NCBI GenBank assembly: GCA_040285855.1
Contig: JAUFOQ010000013.1
Coordinates: 62,001 to 126,000, forward strand
Reading direction: 5' to 3'
Length of the DNA: 64,000 bases
Source: Eukaryota sp. GEM-RC1
Lineage: Eukaryota
The position numbers and the translations under genes were made by a program. The notes beneath the pieces were generated by a model. It saw only the letters and a program-made list of their open reading frames with translations. It did not search any database and was not told where the DNA came from. Below, piece by piece: positions 54,202 to 64,000 of the stretch; the first letter of the stretch is position 1; each line of letters begins with the position of its first letter.

Positions 54202-54552
54202 CTATTTCTCATCATCATATTTGGATCGTTTAATTTCCAAAGAGTCAGTAGTTGGAGCAAGTCTAGCACGAGATTCATCATCTTCTTCTTCATTTCCTTC
54301 ACTTTCATCTTCATAAGATGAAATTTCATAAGGGTCGCCATTTGTTGACCACCCTAAATTGATATCAGCCATCGTCATCGTATATTGAGGTTCATCATTA
54401 TTGATACTATCATTTTCATGGGGACAAATTTCAACATCCGGTACATAATCATCATCATCAGGACACAAATAAATAGTATTATGTGGACGAGGACATGATC
54501 TTACAGGATCTTCGTCAAAATTGTGGTAGACAAAACGGTGGGGATCTATCAT
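54202..54552 (-). CDS. Small acidic cassette ORF, 116 aa
   Basis: Intact ATG-to-TAG ORF, D/E-rich; upstream TTTTTTATCTGGAGGAAAATGATT shared with the 53707 gene. Confidence 0.55.
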   Translation of the reverse strand: MIDPHRFVYHNFDEDPVRSCPRPHNTIYLCPDDDDYVPDVEICPHENDSINNDEPQYTMTMADINLGWSTNGDPYEISSYEDESEGNEEEDDESRARLAPTTDSLEIKRSKYDDEK

Positions 54553-54594
54553 ATACTAATAAATTTAATCATTTTCCTCCAGATAAAAAATAAA

Positions 54595-54612
54595 TAATGG
54601 ACGAATCCATTA
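54595..54612 (-). terminator. Intergenic hairpin, second copy
   Basis: Identical to 53775-53792. Confidence 0.45.
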
Positions 54613-54728
54613 AAAGAATATTTATAAGCTAATATACATCTTCATCATCTTCTTCATTTCTGCATCGTTTCAGATTGGGTTCTACTTTATGATCGTATAG
54701 TCTGGCACGTCTTTTTAATGACTCATAC

Positions 54729-55272
54729 TCAGGACACATTCACAGCTACATAATCAACACAATAATCTAAAAATTCCGGAGTGGAATCATGACGTTCAGG
54801 TTCAATGATTTGATTTGCTCTTTTGCTTAACGCAATTTCATCAATGTTAGCATCTTCTTCAGATACTTCGGATATGATTGTTTGATGAATATGATTGTTT
54901 TCATATTCTCTTCGTAAATTCGTATCAAATCCAATAATGGTCGGTAGTTGATCAAAGTTAATGCTATAGGGTTCGTAGACTCCATCATTTTCTTGATCAT
55001 TCATCGAGGTAACACTCTTTGGAATAAGTTCGTTAATATCAGGTATCATATGCAACGCACATTTTGAATTGGTGTATTTGGAACAAGTTTGATTTACAAA
55101 AGGAGGTTCCATTAGAAGACATAATAAAGGAATGATCATCATTCTGAGAACCAATATAAGTTCCAATAGCCGAGGTATGAGAGAAAGTAGCATTGTCATT
55201 GTAAGAAACTACTAAGTGTGCTTCTATTAGCTGGATGTTCCTCAAAGACAGAAAAGGCTGTAGTTTTGACAT
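54729..55272 (-). CDS. Unknown acidic protein, frameshifted (55272-55039 joined to the 54729 frame)
   Basis: Two overlapping ORFs at the head of the minus-strand array. Confidence 0.4.
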
Positions 55273-55555
55273 TTACAAAGGAATAAATTGATTATCTTGT
55301 TTTATCAAATGCAAAGCCTTTAAGATAAACAACTCACGTACATCTGCAGACAGTTGAAGTGTAAGCGAATTATCTAATCTATATTTAATAAACTCTAAAC
55401 CATAATTGAAAAGTTAATAATAACAAAGCAAAATAGAAGATTTTAATGATAATTGAATCAACTGGATACTGTACATGTGGAAAAAAAGATATGATGACAT
55501 ACTGCCACCACTTTTAAAAAAAAATTAAACAAACAAATATTCTAAATTTCCCAAA

Positions 55556-56425
55556 TTATTCCTGCACTAACGCTAACATTTCCTCATAAAGATTCTTATG
55601 AAACCCCCAATCAAATCCATCTACACTTTCCTTTCCTTCTCCAGATACTCCATCCTTGGCTCCAGCTTCTACTATCCTAATCAAACAATCATGTTCTTCC
55701 TCAACTGATGGCATTACACTAGAATTATTCAACTCGAGCGACAATGCAATGACCAAAGCAAAACATCCCCAATTAGACACTCCAACAACAAAAGGAAGTG
55801 AGCAGAGTGATCGAGAACAAATAACAGATCCTAAAGGAACATTGGAGTGGACAATCTCTTTAAAGTTACCCATTCCCAACTCGTTCCCCCCATCTCCAAT
55901 ACAAACACTAGGAACTGCAAGATCTTGTGCTCTCGTTAATACTGAGTCTAAAGAGGGACAAGCAAAGTTTGAACAATCAAAGCCTCTCATTGTGTAACAC
56001 TTGCCATCCTCTGCGGCTCCCACTGCTTCAATAGTAATGACAGCGTCGAAGGAAAGCTCGGGGATAACGTTGTCAACAGAGAGGAGAGAGAGGAGGTTGG
56101 GGAAAGTGGTTGTAAGAGGAGATAATGCAGCAGAAATGATGGGCAAGCATGACTTTGGTGTTAGAATTGTGAGTTTAGATCCTAGTTTTAAAAGGCAATT
56201 GGCTAGAGTAAAGAGTCCAGGAGGACCATCTGTCTCAGCTACTTGAAGAGAGGGAATATAAAAGCCAGATATGAGTACAAAATGAGATCGAGGGAAGTCA
56301 AAGGATGCCAGTGCTTGAGTGGAGTTGATCAGTTGAGAAGGATCGAACATGTTGGAGATACCACGTTTGCCAACATCATATTGTACAAGTTTCGATAGAT
56401 TCGGAAGATGATTTTGGTTAGGCAT
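55556..56425 (-). CDS. DUF4392 / D-glutamate cyclase C-terminal-like protein
   Basis: RGI, SGFYI, ETDGPPG, YTMRG, IGDGGNELGMG, GVSNWG, GAKDGV, SVDG motifs; intact 289 aa. Confidence 0.88.
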   Translation of the reverse strand: MPNQNHLPNLSKLVQYDVGKRGISNMFDPSQLINSTQALASFDFPRSHFVLISGFYIPSLQVAETDGPPGLFTLANCLLKLGSKLTILTPKSCLPIISAALSPLTTTFPNLLSLLSVDNVIPELSFDAVITIEAVGAAEDGKCYTMRGFDCSNFACPSLDSVLTRAQDLAVPSVCIGDGGNELGMGNFKEIVHSNVPLGSVICSRSLCSLPFVVGVSNWGCFALVIALSLELNNSSVMPSVEEEHDCLIRIVEAGAKDGVSGEGKESVDGFDWGFHKNLYEEMLALVQE

Positions 56426-56805
56426 TGTTGTTTGAGGACGAAACTGGTGGAGTGATTTCTGAACTACGCGGAACTACATTTAACCTTGTATCTTGCTTTA
56501 CTTGCTAGACTGCCTCGTTCTTCTTCTTATGGAAGTTGTTACATTAGAATACAACTTGCTACAAAATATATTAACAACGCTAAAAACTTCATAATAACAT
56601 ATCTTACTCGACTGTTCAAATGAATTCCTTCTTTTTGTGTCAGAAAGTTGTAGAGTAACATCTCCATTATGATGAGAGTTAAGTCATGTTTAGCAGTTGA
56701 TTGATGAAAAGGTTATAATTATAAGAGTTGAGTGATCTTAATATAGAACTATTACCAGGCTTATAACGACAGTTTATAGTGTGTAGAAACGAAGCGTCAT
56801 GATCA

Positions 56806-59043
56806 ATGCCTAGAATAAGAGTAAACATTGATGTTTACCAAACATCCTACCTTCTCCCAGTAGTTCAATTTGATATACTGAAGCAACACACTTCTCTCAT
56901 GGATAAGCTTCTCGATGATCAGTTCTTGAATCGCTTTAAATTGGCTCAGTCTCAAGGACTTCCTTCTGAGTACAGAGGGTTTCTCCCTCCTTCCTATATG
57001 GTCTACACTGTTTTTGAGGAGGGTAGACGTACAGCACCCACAACTAGTCAAGAAACTTTTTCAATCAACCATTCAATGGGTTCTGCCATTAGACACAGAG
57101 TTATACCGCCGATCCACTCCTTACGGCATATCTCTCTCTCTAGTGTGGTTAAAAGAGTTAACCACATTCATTCCGGCAGAGTTCTCTTTGGTCGCATTAT
57201 AGCAGATCCTTGGCGAGTAACTGGAACTCAAATACTCATTGAGGATCTAAACAATGATATCATTCAACTCTCCAGTTATAATCTGGTTCCTAACGACCAA
57301 TCTCCATCCAACTACTTTCCAAAAGGTTCTTACATTGCAGTCATTGAGCCTTACATGAAGAATGTGATGGATAGTAGAGAGAACATTGTTCTACTTCGAT
57401 GTGATCACCCGGAAGGCATTGTTGTTTTCCATACTGAGGAGGAGTGGCTTTTGTTTCAAAATATTGATTGCGATCTGGCACGTGATCCACATCGACTTAA
57501 AGATCTGGGGACTAAAGCTTTCGTCAGTGGGCAGTACAGTAGAGCAATTGATCTCTACAAAAGAGCTCTTGATTTAGACCCACCTTCCTCTTTGAAAGTT
57601 ATTCTTTTTCCAATTGTGCTGCTTGTTATATCAAGTTGGAGCTCTGGCATTTGGCTTACGATGCTTCTTCCCATGCTCTCTTCCTTAACCCTGCCCATGA
57701 GAAGGCCGCCTTTAGAAAAGCAACGGCGGCCTTGATGATGGGCAGAGTTGAGGAAGTCATGGAATGGAGCCGTTGGGAGTTATACGTGAGAACCAGATGA
57801 AGTTGTTGATCAACAAAGCTAGTCGAGCTCAGCTTGAGTTAAAAGGGATCTACGATTACAGAGAACTTACCAGGGAAGCTAAGAAATCGTTTTACCTCGA
57901 CCGATCTCATGCTGACTTTATCTCTCCCCCTTGTTGAGTTCTATGAAACTAAACAAATGGGCAGAGGTGTTAGAGCTAAATCCGACATTGACAGGGGAAT
58001 ACTCATTATGGGTGGAAAGGCTTTTGCAGCTTATTCTGACTTTTCAGAGAAATCAATGACAATGAAGTTAAACCCCTATAATAAGTATGCTGATGATTTT
58101 GCTGGAACGATGGTAGTAGAAAAGGTGATTAAAAAACTATCTTCATTACCTGCTGATTCTGAACTAAGAAGAAAGTTCTTTGATCTAACTACTGGAAAGT
58201 CTTTGAATTCAAGTGCTGATCAATTAAACATTGAGGTCATTGGAGCAAACAACAAGAACTAATTGGTTTAAGATTTCTAATAATGGAAATTCCGAAGGTT
58301 CTGGACTTTTTCTAGATCAATCATTGTTTAATCACTCGTGTGCTCCTACTTGTTCTCATATGTTTATTGGGGATTTCATGTTTGTGGTTTCCACTGTTGA
58401 AATTAAAGCTGGAGATGAGTTGTTTATAAGTTATGTCGATCCTCTTCTTCCATTTACTGAAAGAAACAAACTTCTTGAAAGTTTTAATTGTGGGCGTGGC
58501 TTTGCTTGTCAATGTGAACGTTGTTGTTTGACGAGACATGACAAATCTTTAATCAATGATGAACAAACCTCTTTTGATCTGTTAAATATGGTTTTAAGTC
58601 AGAATTCAAAAACTTCTCTAAAGAAACAATATCGATTTCTAAGTAGCATTAATGGGTGCCAATTAATCTTCAAGATGGAAACGTCACCAAACTGCCTCAA
58701 AGTAGGATACCTAAATCTACTTAGAGCAGAAGCCTTCAGTTTGAAGAGAAAGAATTTAGAAGAAGATGCTGTATTGTTACTTGAAAAGTATGTTTCAGCT
58801 CATAAGCTAATTGGATTAGATGGTTTTCTTCACCTTTCTTCTCATCCAGTACTTGTTCTATCTGATCTTCTGCTACATTACATTCTAAATTTGTCTAAAT
58901 CTTATGAAAAATTGATGGAAATTCTCAAGCGCTTTAAGAAAATCGCGTGGGTAAATGACCACTCTGATGATTTTATCATTGATTCTCTTAGTAAACACTC
59001 AGGTATTTCTGCTTTTATTCTATCTATGCATTTAAAGAGATAA
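56806..59043 (+). CDS. TPR + SET-domain protein, split by about 3 frameshifts
   Basis: IQLSSYN..IEPYMK..LRCDHP N-terminus, TPR (LKDLGTKAFVSGQYSRAIDLYKRAL), SET-N (MGRGVRAKSDI), SET-C (FNHSCAP, GDELFISY), post-SET FACQCERC. Confidence 0.8.
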
Positions 59044-59297
59044 TAATCTTCATTTCCTTCCTTTGATGCAAAAACTTTCAATTTCACAATGTAATGATTA
59101 CAAATGTTTGTCTCTTCAATAAATTTAAAATTATTAGATTTTTTATGGATAATGTTGGATTGTTGATAGGATCATGGATAAAAATGAGTTATTATGTTAT
59201 TGATTCAATAATAACGAAGAATCAAACAGACAATCAAACAGCTAGGACACTAAAGAAAAGCACAAATTTCCCAACTTACAACAAAACCATCACGTCA

Positions 59298-61296
59298 TCA
59301 ACACGAAATTCGATTGTTCGACATCCTACGAATTGAAGAAGTAATTTCAAAGTCAAATTCGTTAGCCCACAAATACAATTCAGTTATGGAACAATTATCC
59401 TTTATACCTTCTGCCAACGCCAAGGCACCTACATTTCCGATAGAGTTACATCCTAGATCAACCATTGAAACTGTAGAATTCAACCTCAACATCTCAGCAA
59501 ACGCAATAGCACCCTTGTCACCAATGCTATTACTTCCTAAATCAACGTTAGTAACAGTGTAATTGGCCTTAAAAACATCAGCCAATGCAATAGCACCTTC
59601 ATCGTCAATAGAATTGCTTCCCAAATCAATATCAGTAATTGACTTGTTGATTTTCAATTGGTTGGCTAATGTGATAGCTCCTAAGTTTGTAATACAATTT
59701 ACACCTAGATTAATCTTAGTAACAGTGGAATTGATTGTTAATGTTTCAGCCAATGCAATGGCTGCTTCATCTTCAATAGAGTTTTTCCCTAAATGAATGT
59801 CAGTAACAGATGAATTAAATTTTAAATTTTGAAACAAACAAATAGCACCTTCATTTCCAATGGAGTTTTTTTGTAAATCTAAATCAGTAATTGAGGAATT
59901 AACGTTAACAACCTCTGCCAATGCAATAGCACCTTCAAAACCAATAGAGTTGTTACCTAAAAAAATCTGAGTAATTGTTGAATTTACTTTAAATGCATCT
60001 GCCAATGCAATAGCACCTTCAAAACCAATAGAGTTGTTAGTTAGATTAATCTTGGTAATTGTGGAATTAACTTTAAATGCATCCGCCAATGCAATAGCAC
60101 CTTCAAAACCAATAGAGTTGTTACCTAAAAAAATCTGAGTAATTGTTGAATTTACTTTAAATGCATCTGTCAATGCAATAGCACCTTCAGGACCAATACA
60201 GTTGTTACTTAGATTAATCTGAGTAATTGTTGAATTTACTTTAAATGCATCTGCCAATGCAATAGCACCTTCATTGCCAATAAAGTTGTTCTGTAAAAAT
60301 ACATCTGTGACTGTACAATTAACTTTCAAAACCTCTGCCAATGCAATAGCACCTTCAGGACCGATAGAGTTGTTACCTAAAAGAATTTTAGAAAGTGTTG
60401 AATTCAGTTTCAAAGCATCCGCTATTGCAATAGCACCTTCATTAGTAATAGAATTATCCTGAAGGTTTAAAATGGAAATTGTAGAATTAACTTTGATAAC
60501 TTCAGCCAATGCCACTGTTCCTTTATCCCCATTAAAACAACCTTTAAAAACAAGACTCAGCTCAGTAATTCCTCTTGAAAAAAAAGATTCAATCTTTAAA
60601 GCCTCAACCAATTGAGTAAGTATATCAGCTTCAATTGTTAAAAACAAACGTTTCAGACATGGGAAATGAAAAGGAGAATCTTTCATTAGGAATGCCACGT
60701 CATCACTACAACTGAGACCTGTAGATAATCCTGTAATTACTTGGGAATAACTCAAAAACTCTTCAACTTTAAATTGTTTGTCTACAAACAAGAAAACAGA
60801 GTGTACGTTGGCTCCAAAGAAAGAAGCAAGAGAAGAAAGTAGAGGGAGATCTTCAGCAATGACTGGAACCGTGTTTCTTTGGAAAAACACGTTTACTGCT
60901 GAGGTGGACACTTCGTAGAAATGTTGGCTTACAAATCCAGCTGATTTCATGAAGGATTGTAGTTTCATTAGTGTATTGCGGAGACAACGTCGAGGGAGCA
61001 GTATGGTTGCCTTTGAGAGATGTCTTAAGGAAGCGTTGAAGCAAGTGAAGATTAATGAGAACCAATAAAGAATCCTGGAAGTGTAATGAGACGGGAGATT
61101 CGTGGGAAGAAGATGAAAGAGTTGTAAGTTGAGTAGAAGCGATGTTTGCTCGTTCTTCTGCGGAATCAGACATATCGTTTGCGACAGTGTTATCTAGGGA
61201 GCGTAAGGGTTCTGTGGGAGTCATTATGAGTGCTGGAAAAAGTTTGACTTTAGAGTTGTGGTCAGGTGCTGTGTTAGATCTGCTATTATTTGACAC
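59298..61296 (-). CDS. NLRC3/RI-like leucine-rich-repeat protein; 5' ORF 60853-61296 probably fused
   Basis: About 14 28-aa repeats LxxNSIGxEGAIALAxxxKVNSTIT in 59298-60968. Confidence 0.9.
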
Positions 61297-61584
61297 AATC
61301 TCGCCTTTTGTTTCTCAAATCTACCGTTCTTCACATTCACTATTCACGAGTGGCAAGTAAATGGATCACTAGGTGCACAAACGCTATTGTTTGTATACGT
61401 TGATAAATGTTGCTGGTTTTGTAATTAACACTTGACATTTGGGACAATAAATTGACAACCGCCCAGTAGTCACTACTGTACATGCAGTGACAGTACATCA
61501 CTAACAATATTCTCAAATCATAATTATCACCCAAATTCTTCTCTAAAATACAGATCAACATATGATATACACGTATTTACAAGA

Positions 61585-62100
61585 TTAAAAGTACTTACAA
61601 GGATCAGTCTCACCACAAACCTTACACCCTCCAGAAGAAAACGAACTACGAGGGAAATATGATAGGGTATATTGCCCATTCAAGAAGCGGGTAGACTGAG
61701 TATTTGCCCAAGCAACGCATTGGTTGTAAGTTCCAGTGAATCCCCACTTACAAGTTCCATCGTGGCACTTACAACGACGGAGAGGGAAAACAACCCCATT
61801 ACTAGTTTCGATTCCAAGTATAGCATCGGCAAGGCTCTTTTCAAAGATTTCCACAGTAGAAGTTTCAGAGCTGAGACTGTTGATGTTAGAAGCACAAAGG
61901 GAGCATCCACCAGAGCTGAAGGAGGCTTGAGGAAAATAGTTACATCGAGCATCAGGAGAAGCTCTGAGAGTGTTTGCAGTTCGTTGGCACCAACAGAAAC
62001 ACTCATTAGCAGGGCGAGAGTATGAGTTACATGTATTAGGACAACGGCAACCAGCATAAGCCAACGCAATAAGCAAAGTGATTACGAAAACGATTTTCAT
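61585..62100 (-). CDS. Secreted Cys-rich protein, 171 aa, with two internal repeats
   Basis: Signal peptide MKIVFVITLLIALAYA; two domains, each CxC...W...YFPxxSFSSGGCxxC. Confidence 0.75.
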   Translation of the reverse strand: MKIVFVITLLIALAYAGCRCPNTCNSYSRPANECFCWCQRTANTLRASPDARCNYFPQASFSSGGCSLCASNINSLSSETSTVEIFEKSLADAILGIETSNGVVFPLRRCKCHDGTCKWGFTGTYNQCVAWANTQSTRFLNGQYTLSYFPRSSFSSGGCKVCGETDPCKYF

Positions 62101-62648
62101 GATGAGATGTGGGAAAATGGGAAACTGAATCGAGTGTTTTACTTCAACCAAGTCTGTGTCATTTTTGTAATCTAGTTTGTGTACGTTCATTGAAAGTTTC
62201 CGATAACGTATATGAACATTAGTTGATGCAGCAACCGCAAAGCGAAAGTATAACATTATTTTGTCAGCTCAGGCTTTACTTTTGACTCAAAAGTAAAGCC
62301 TTCAAAAGTTTTGAGAGAACCATAGTAACAGGTATTCGCTGAAGAAGTGGCATCACTTCTACCTCATTAAACGGAACTATTTCTTATTTGTCTTCTACGT
62401 TCTTGATGTTATTACTGCTTAAAACAACACAATAAAATGATACATTAATCAATTGTTTGCTGACCATAAGTTGTTGTTGCAAACCTACTTCAACTGATGA
62501 CTCCATTTAACATGAAAATCGACTTCCATCTTGAAAGTATATTCTTTGATACGTTGGAAGTTTATAAACAGAAATTATAAAGATAGTGTAATGTTGTTGA
62601 ATTAATGGAGATAAAAGAGATATACAAATTTGGGTTTATAGACAACAG

Positions 62649-63637
62649 TTACAAGATTCCAGCGGCTGTCTGATGGACTTTTCGCATTTCTTCAGTGATT
62701 TGGAGCTTGCCAGTCTCAGCAGAAAGTAAATTTTGTGATCGAGCAAACGCTGGAAAGTTTTGAAGATTATTGAAATTCTCATTAATGAACTCCAAGTCAG
62801 GTCGAACCTCTTCTAACTGCAAGAAAGCGAACAGCATTTGCTCCATCTTATCCTCAAAAAGAGTTGGAGCACATTGTTCATATGATACTTGAAGGAATGA
62901 AGCGATCTCATTAGGACTAGTCTGCTGTTAGAGTAATTAGAATAGAAACATACTACATCTCCTACCAATTCACAAACATTGTCATGGAACTTTAAGAGGT
63001 TTCTGTTCATGAGACATTGTGAGAGAGCAAAACCAGTATCTTCTATGGACACACCAGGGATCTTGGTTTCAGGATGGAGAGGCATTGTCAACTTTCCTTG
63101 AGCCAAGGATGTCACCAATGTTTTGTTCACAATAAGGTTGTCAAAGAACCAAGCAGGTCTTACGATGGAAACAGAGTTGAACTTTGATTGTTTTGCTTTA
63201 AGACACTGTTCCAAGTCATGTTTGCTTTTGAAGGTGGGAATACTTTGGGCAGTTCCACACGCAGCATAGGATGAATACACAAAGTCTACATGATGTTCGG
63301 AGGCAAAGTTGATGATGTTCTGTCCGATTTCATGTTCCAAACGCGATCCCTCAATACTGTTTCTTGATGGAGAGAGAGAAACAGGATTGAGAATGAGACA
63401 AACCTTGTTCATGTCTTTCATTGCTTCTCTGATACTGTTTGGACCATTGAGATCTCCTTTGAAACATTCAAGTTTTCCACCACCTCTCAAGTTCTGTAAA
63501 TCTCTGAAGGATTGTGATTCACGAAGGCAGAATCCTCGGATCTTGGTGATGCTGTCAGCATGAGGATGTCTCAAGAGAGCCTTGATGGTGGCAGAACCTT
63601 GGTGTCCACAAGCTGAGAATACTAGAATGTTGAGCAT
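62649..63637 (-). CDS. NmrA-like NAD(P)-binding protein with one tiny intron (62925-62953)
   Basis: ILVFSACGHQGSA, GDL, FVYSS, FKSK, IVRPAWFFDN; splicing out GTATGT...CTAACAG joins the frame to ORF 62649-62846. Confidence 0.88.
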
Positions 63638-64000
63638 TGAAATAAGTGAAGCTGGATATCAGTGGTGATTACTTAAAGCTCTGCCTTCGGATATCTGTTT
63701 GGTCTACAGAGTTGTCTTGAGTAGACAAGTTACATGAGTGAGTTGAGACAATGTCTACAGTTGTTTTTGAAAAACAGATTTGTTCATCACTTCTTCCTAG
63801 AAAAACTAAGATTGAGATTTCAATACTCAGGTAAAGTTTCGTAGGAAGGAACGTCCAACAACGGCCACAGACAAAGAACTTTTTATAAAGTACAGTCGTG
63901 ATCCTAAGAGAGCACTCTTCTTCTCAGCATTTGAGGATTATCTTTGATATCTAGCCAATCCAGTTTGTGAGTTCCACCACTTCGTCGAAAACCTTCCTAC

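Noticed and set aside
23325..55272. Calling the cassette arrays a bona fide endogenous virus
   Set aside because: No capsid, packaging ATPase, DNA polymerase or integrase is visible in this window; viral origin remains an inference.
56806..59043. Programmed frameshifting or an alternative genetic code to explain split genes
   Set aside because: The breaks are single-base indels with no common slippery motif, and intact genes end in TAA/TGA. Long-read errors or decay are simpler, which also means some pseudogene calls could be intact genes.
55656..63563. Antisense ORFs over the DUF4392, LRR, Cys-rich and NmrA genes
   Set aside because: Shadow frames of the well-supported opposite-strand genes.

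Overview
AT-rich eukaryotic (protist-like) DNA: a 29-nt GT-AG intron and standard stop codons support this. Positions 1-55.3 kb are a transposon-rich accessory region with several CRE-like RLE non-LTR retrotransposon relics, hAT and Mutator relics, and dispersed repeats. Positions 55.5-63.6 kb hold ordinary host genes (DUF4392, TPR-SET, NLRC3-like LRR, a secreted Cys-rich protein, NmrA-like). Two structures stand out. (1) A complete 120-nt 5S rRNA gene (minus strand) is split by a 1.9-kb 5'-truncated CRE-like retroelement (RT, CCHC finger, RLE) with a perfect 15-bp target-site duplication. This is a candidate 5S-targeting RLE retrotransposon. (2) Four clusters of short, mostly intron-less genes share a bipartite AAA(A/G/T)TGA motif whose two halves sit exactly 19 bp apart in all 10 copies found. 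They also include a new paralogous ~120-aa protein family, 3' hairpins and an RNase II-like gene, which together resemble giant-virus-style expression cassettes, although no viral hallmark gene is present. Many single-base frameshifts may be assembly errors. All family assignments are by eye from motifs; no searches were run.
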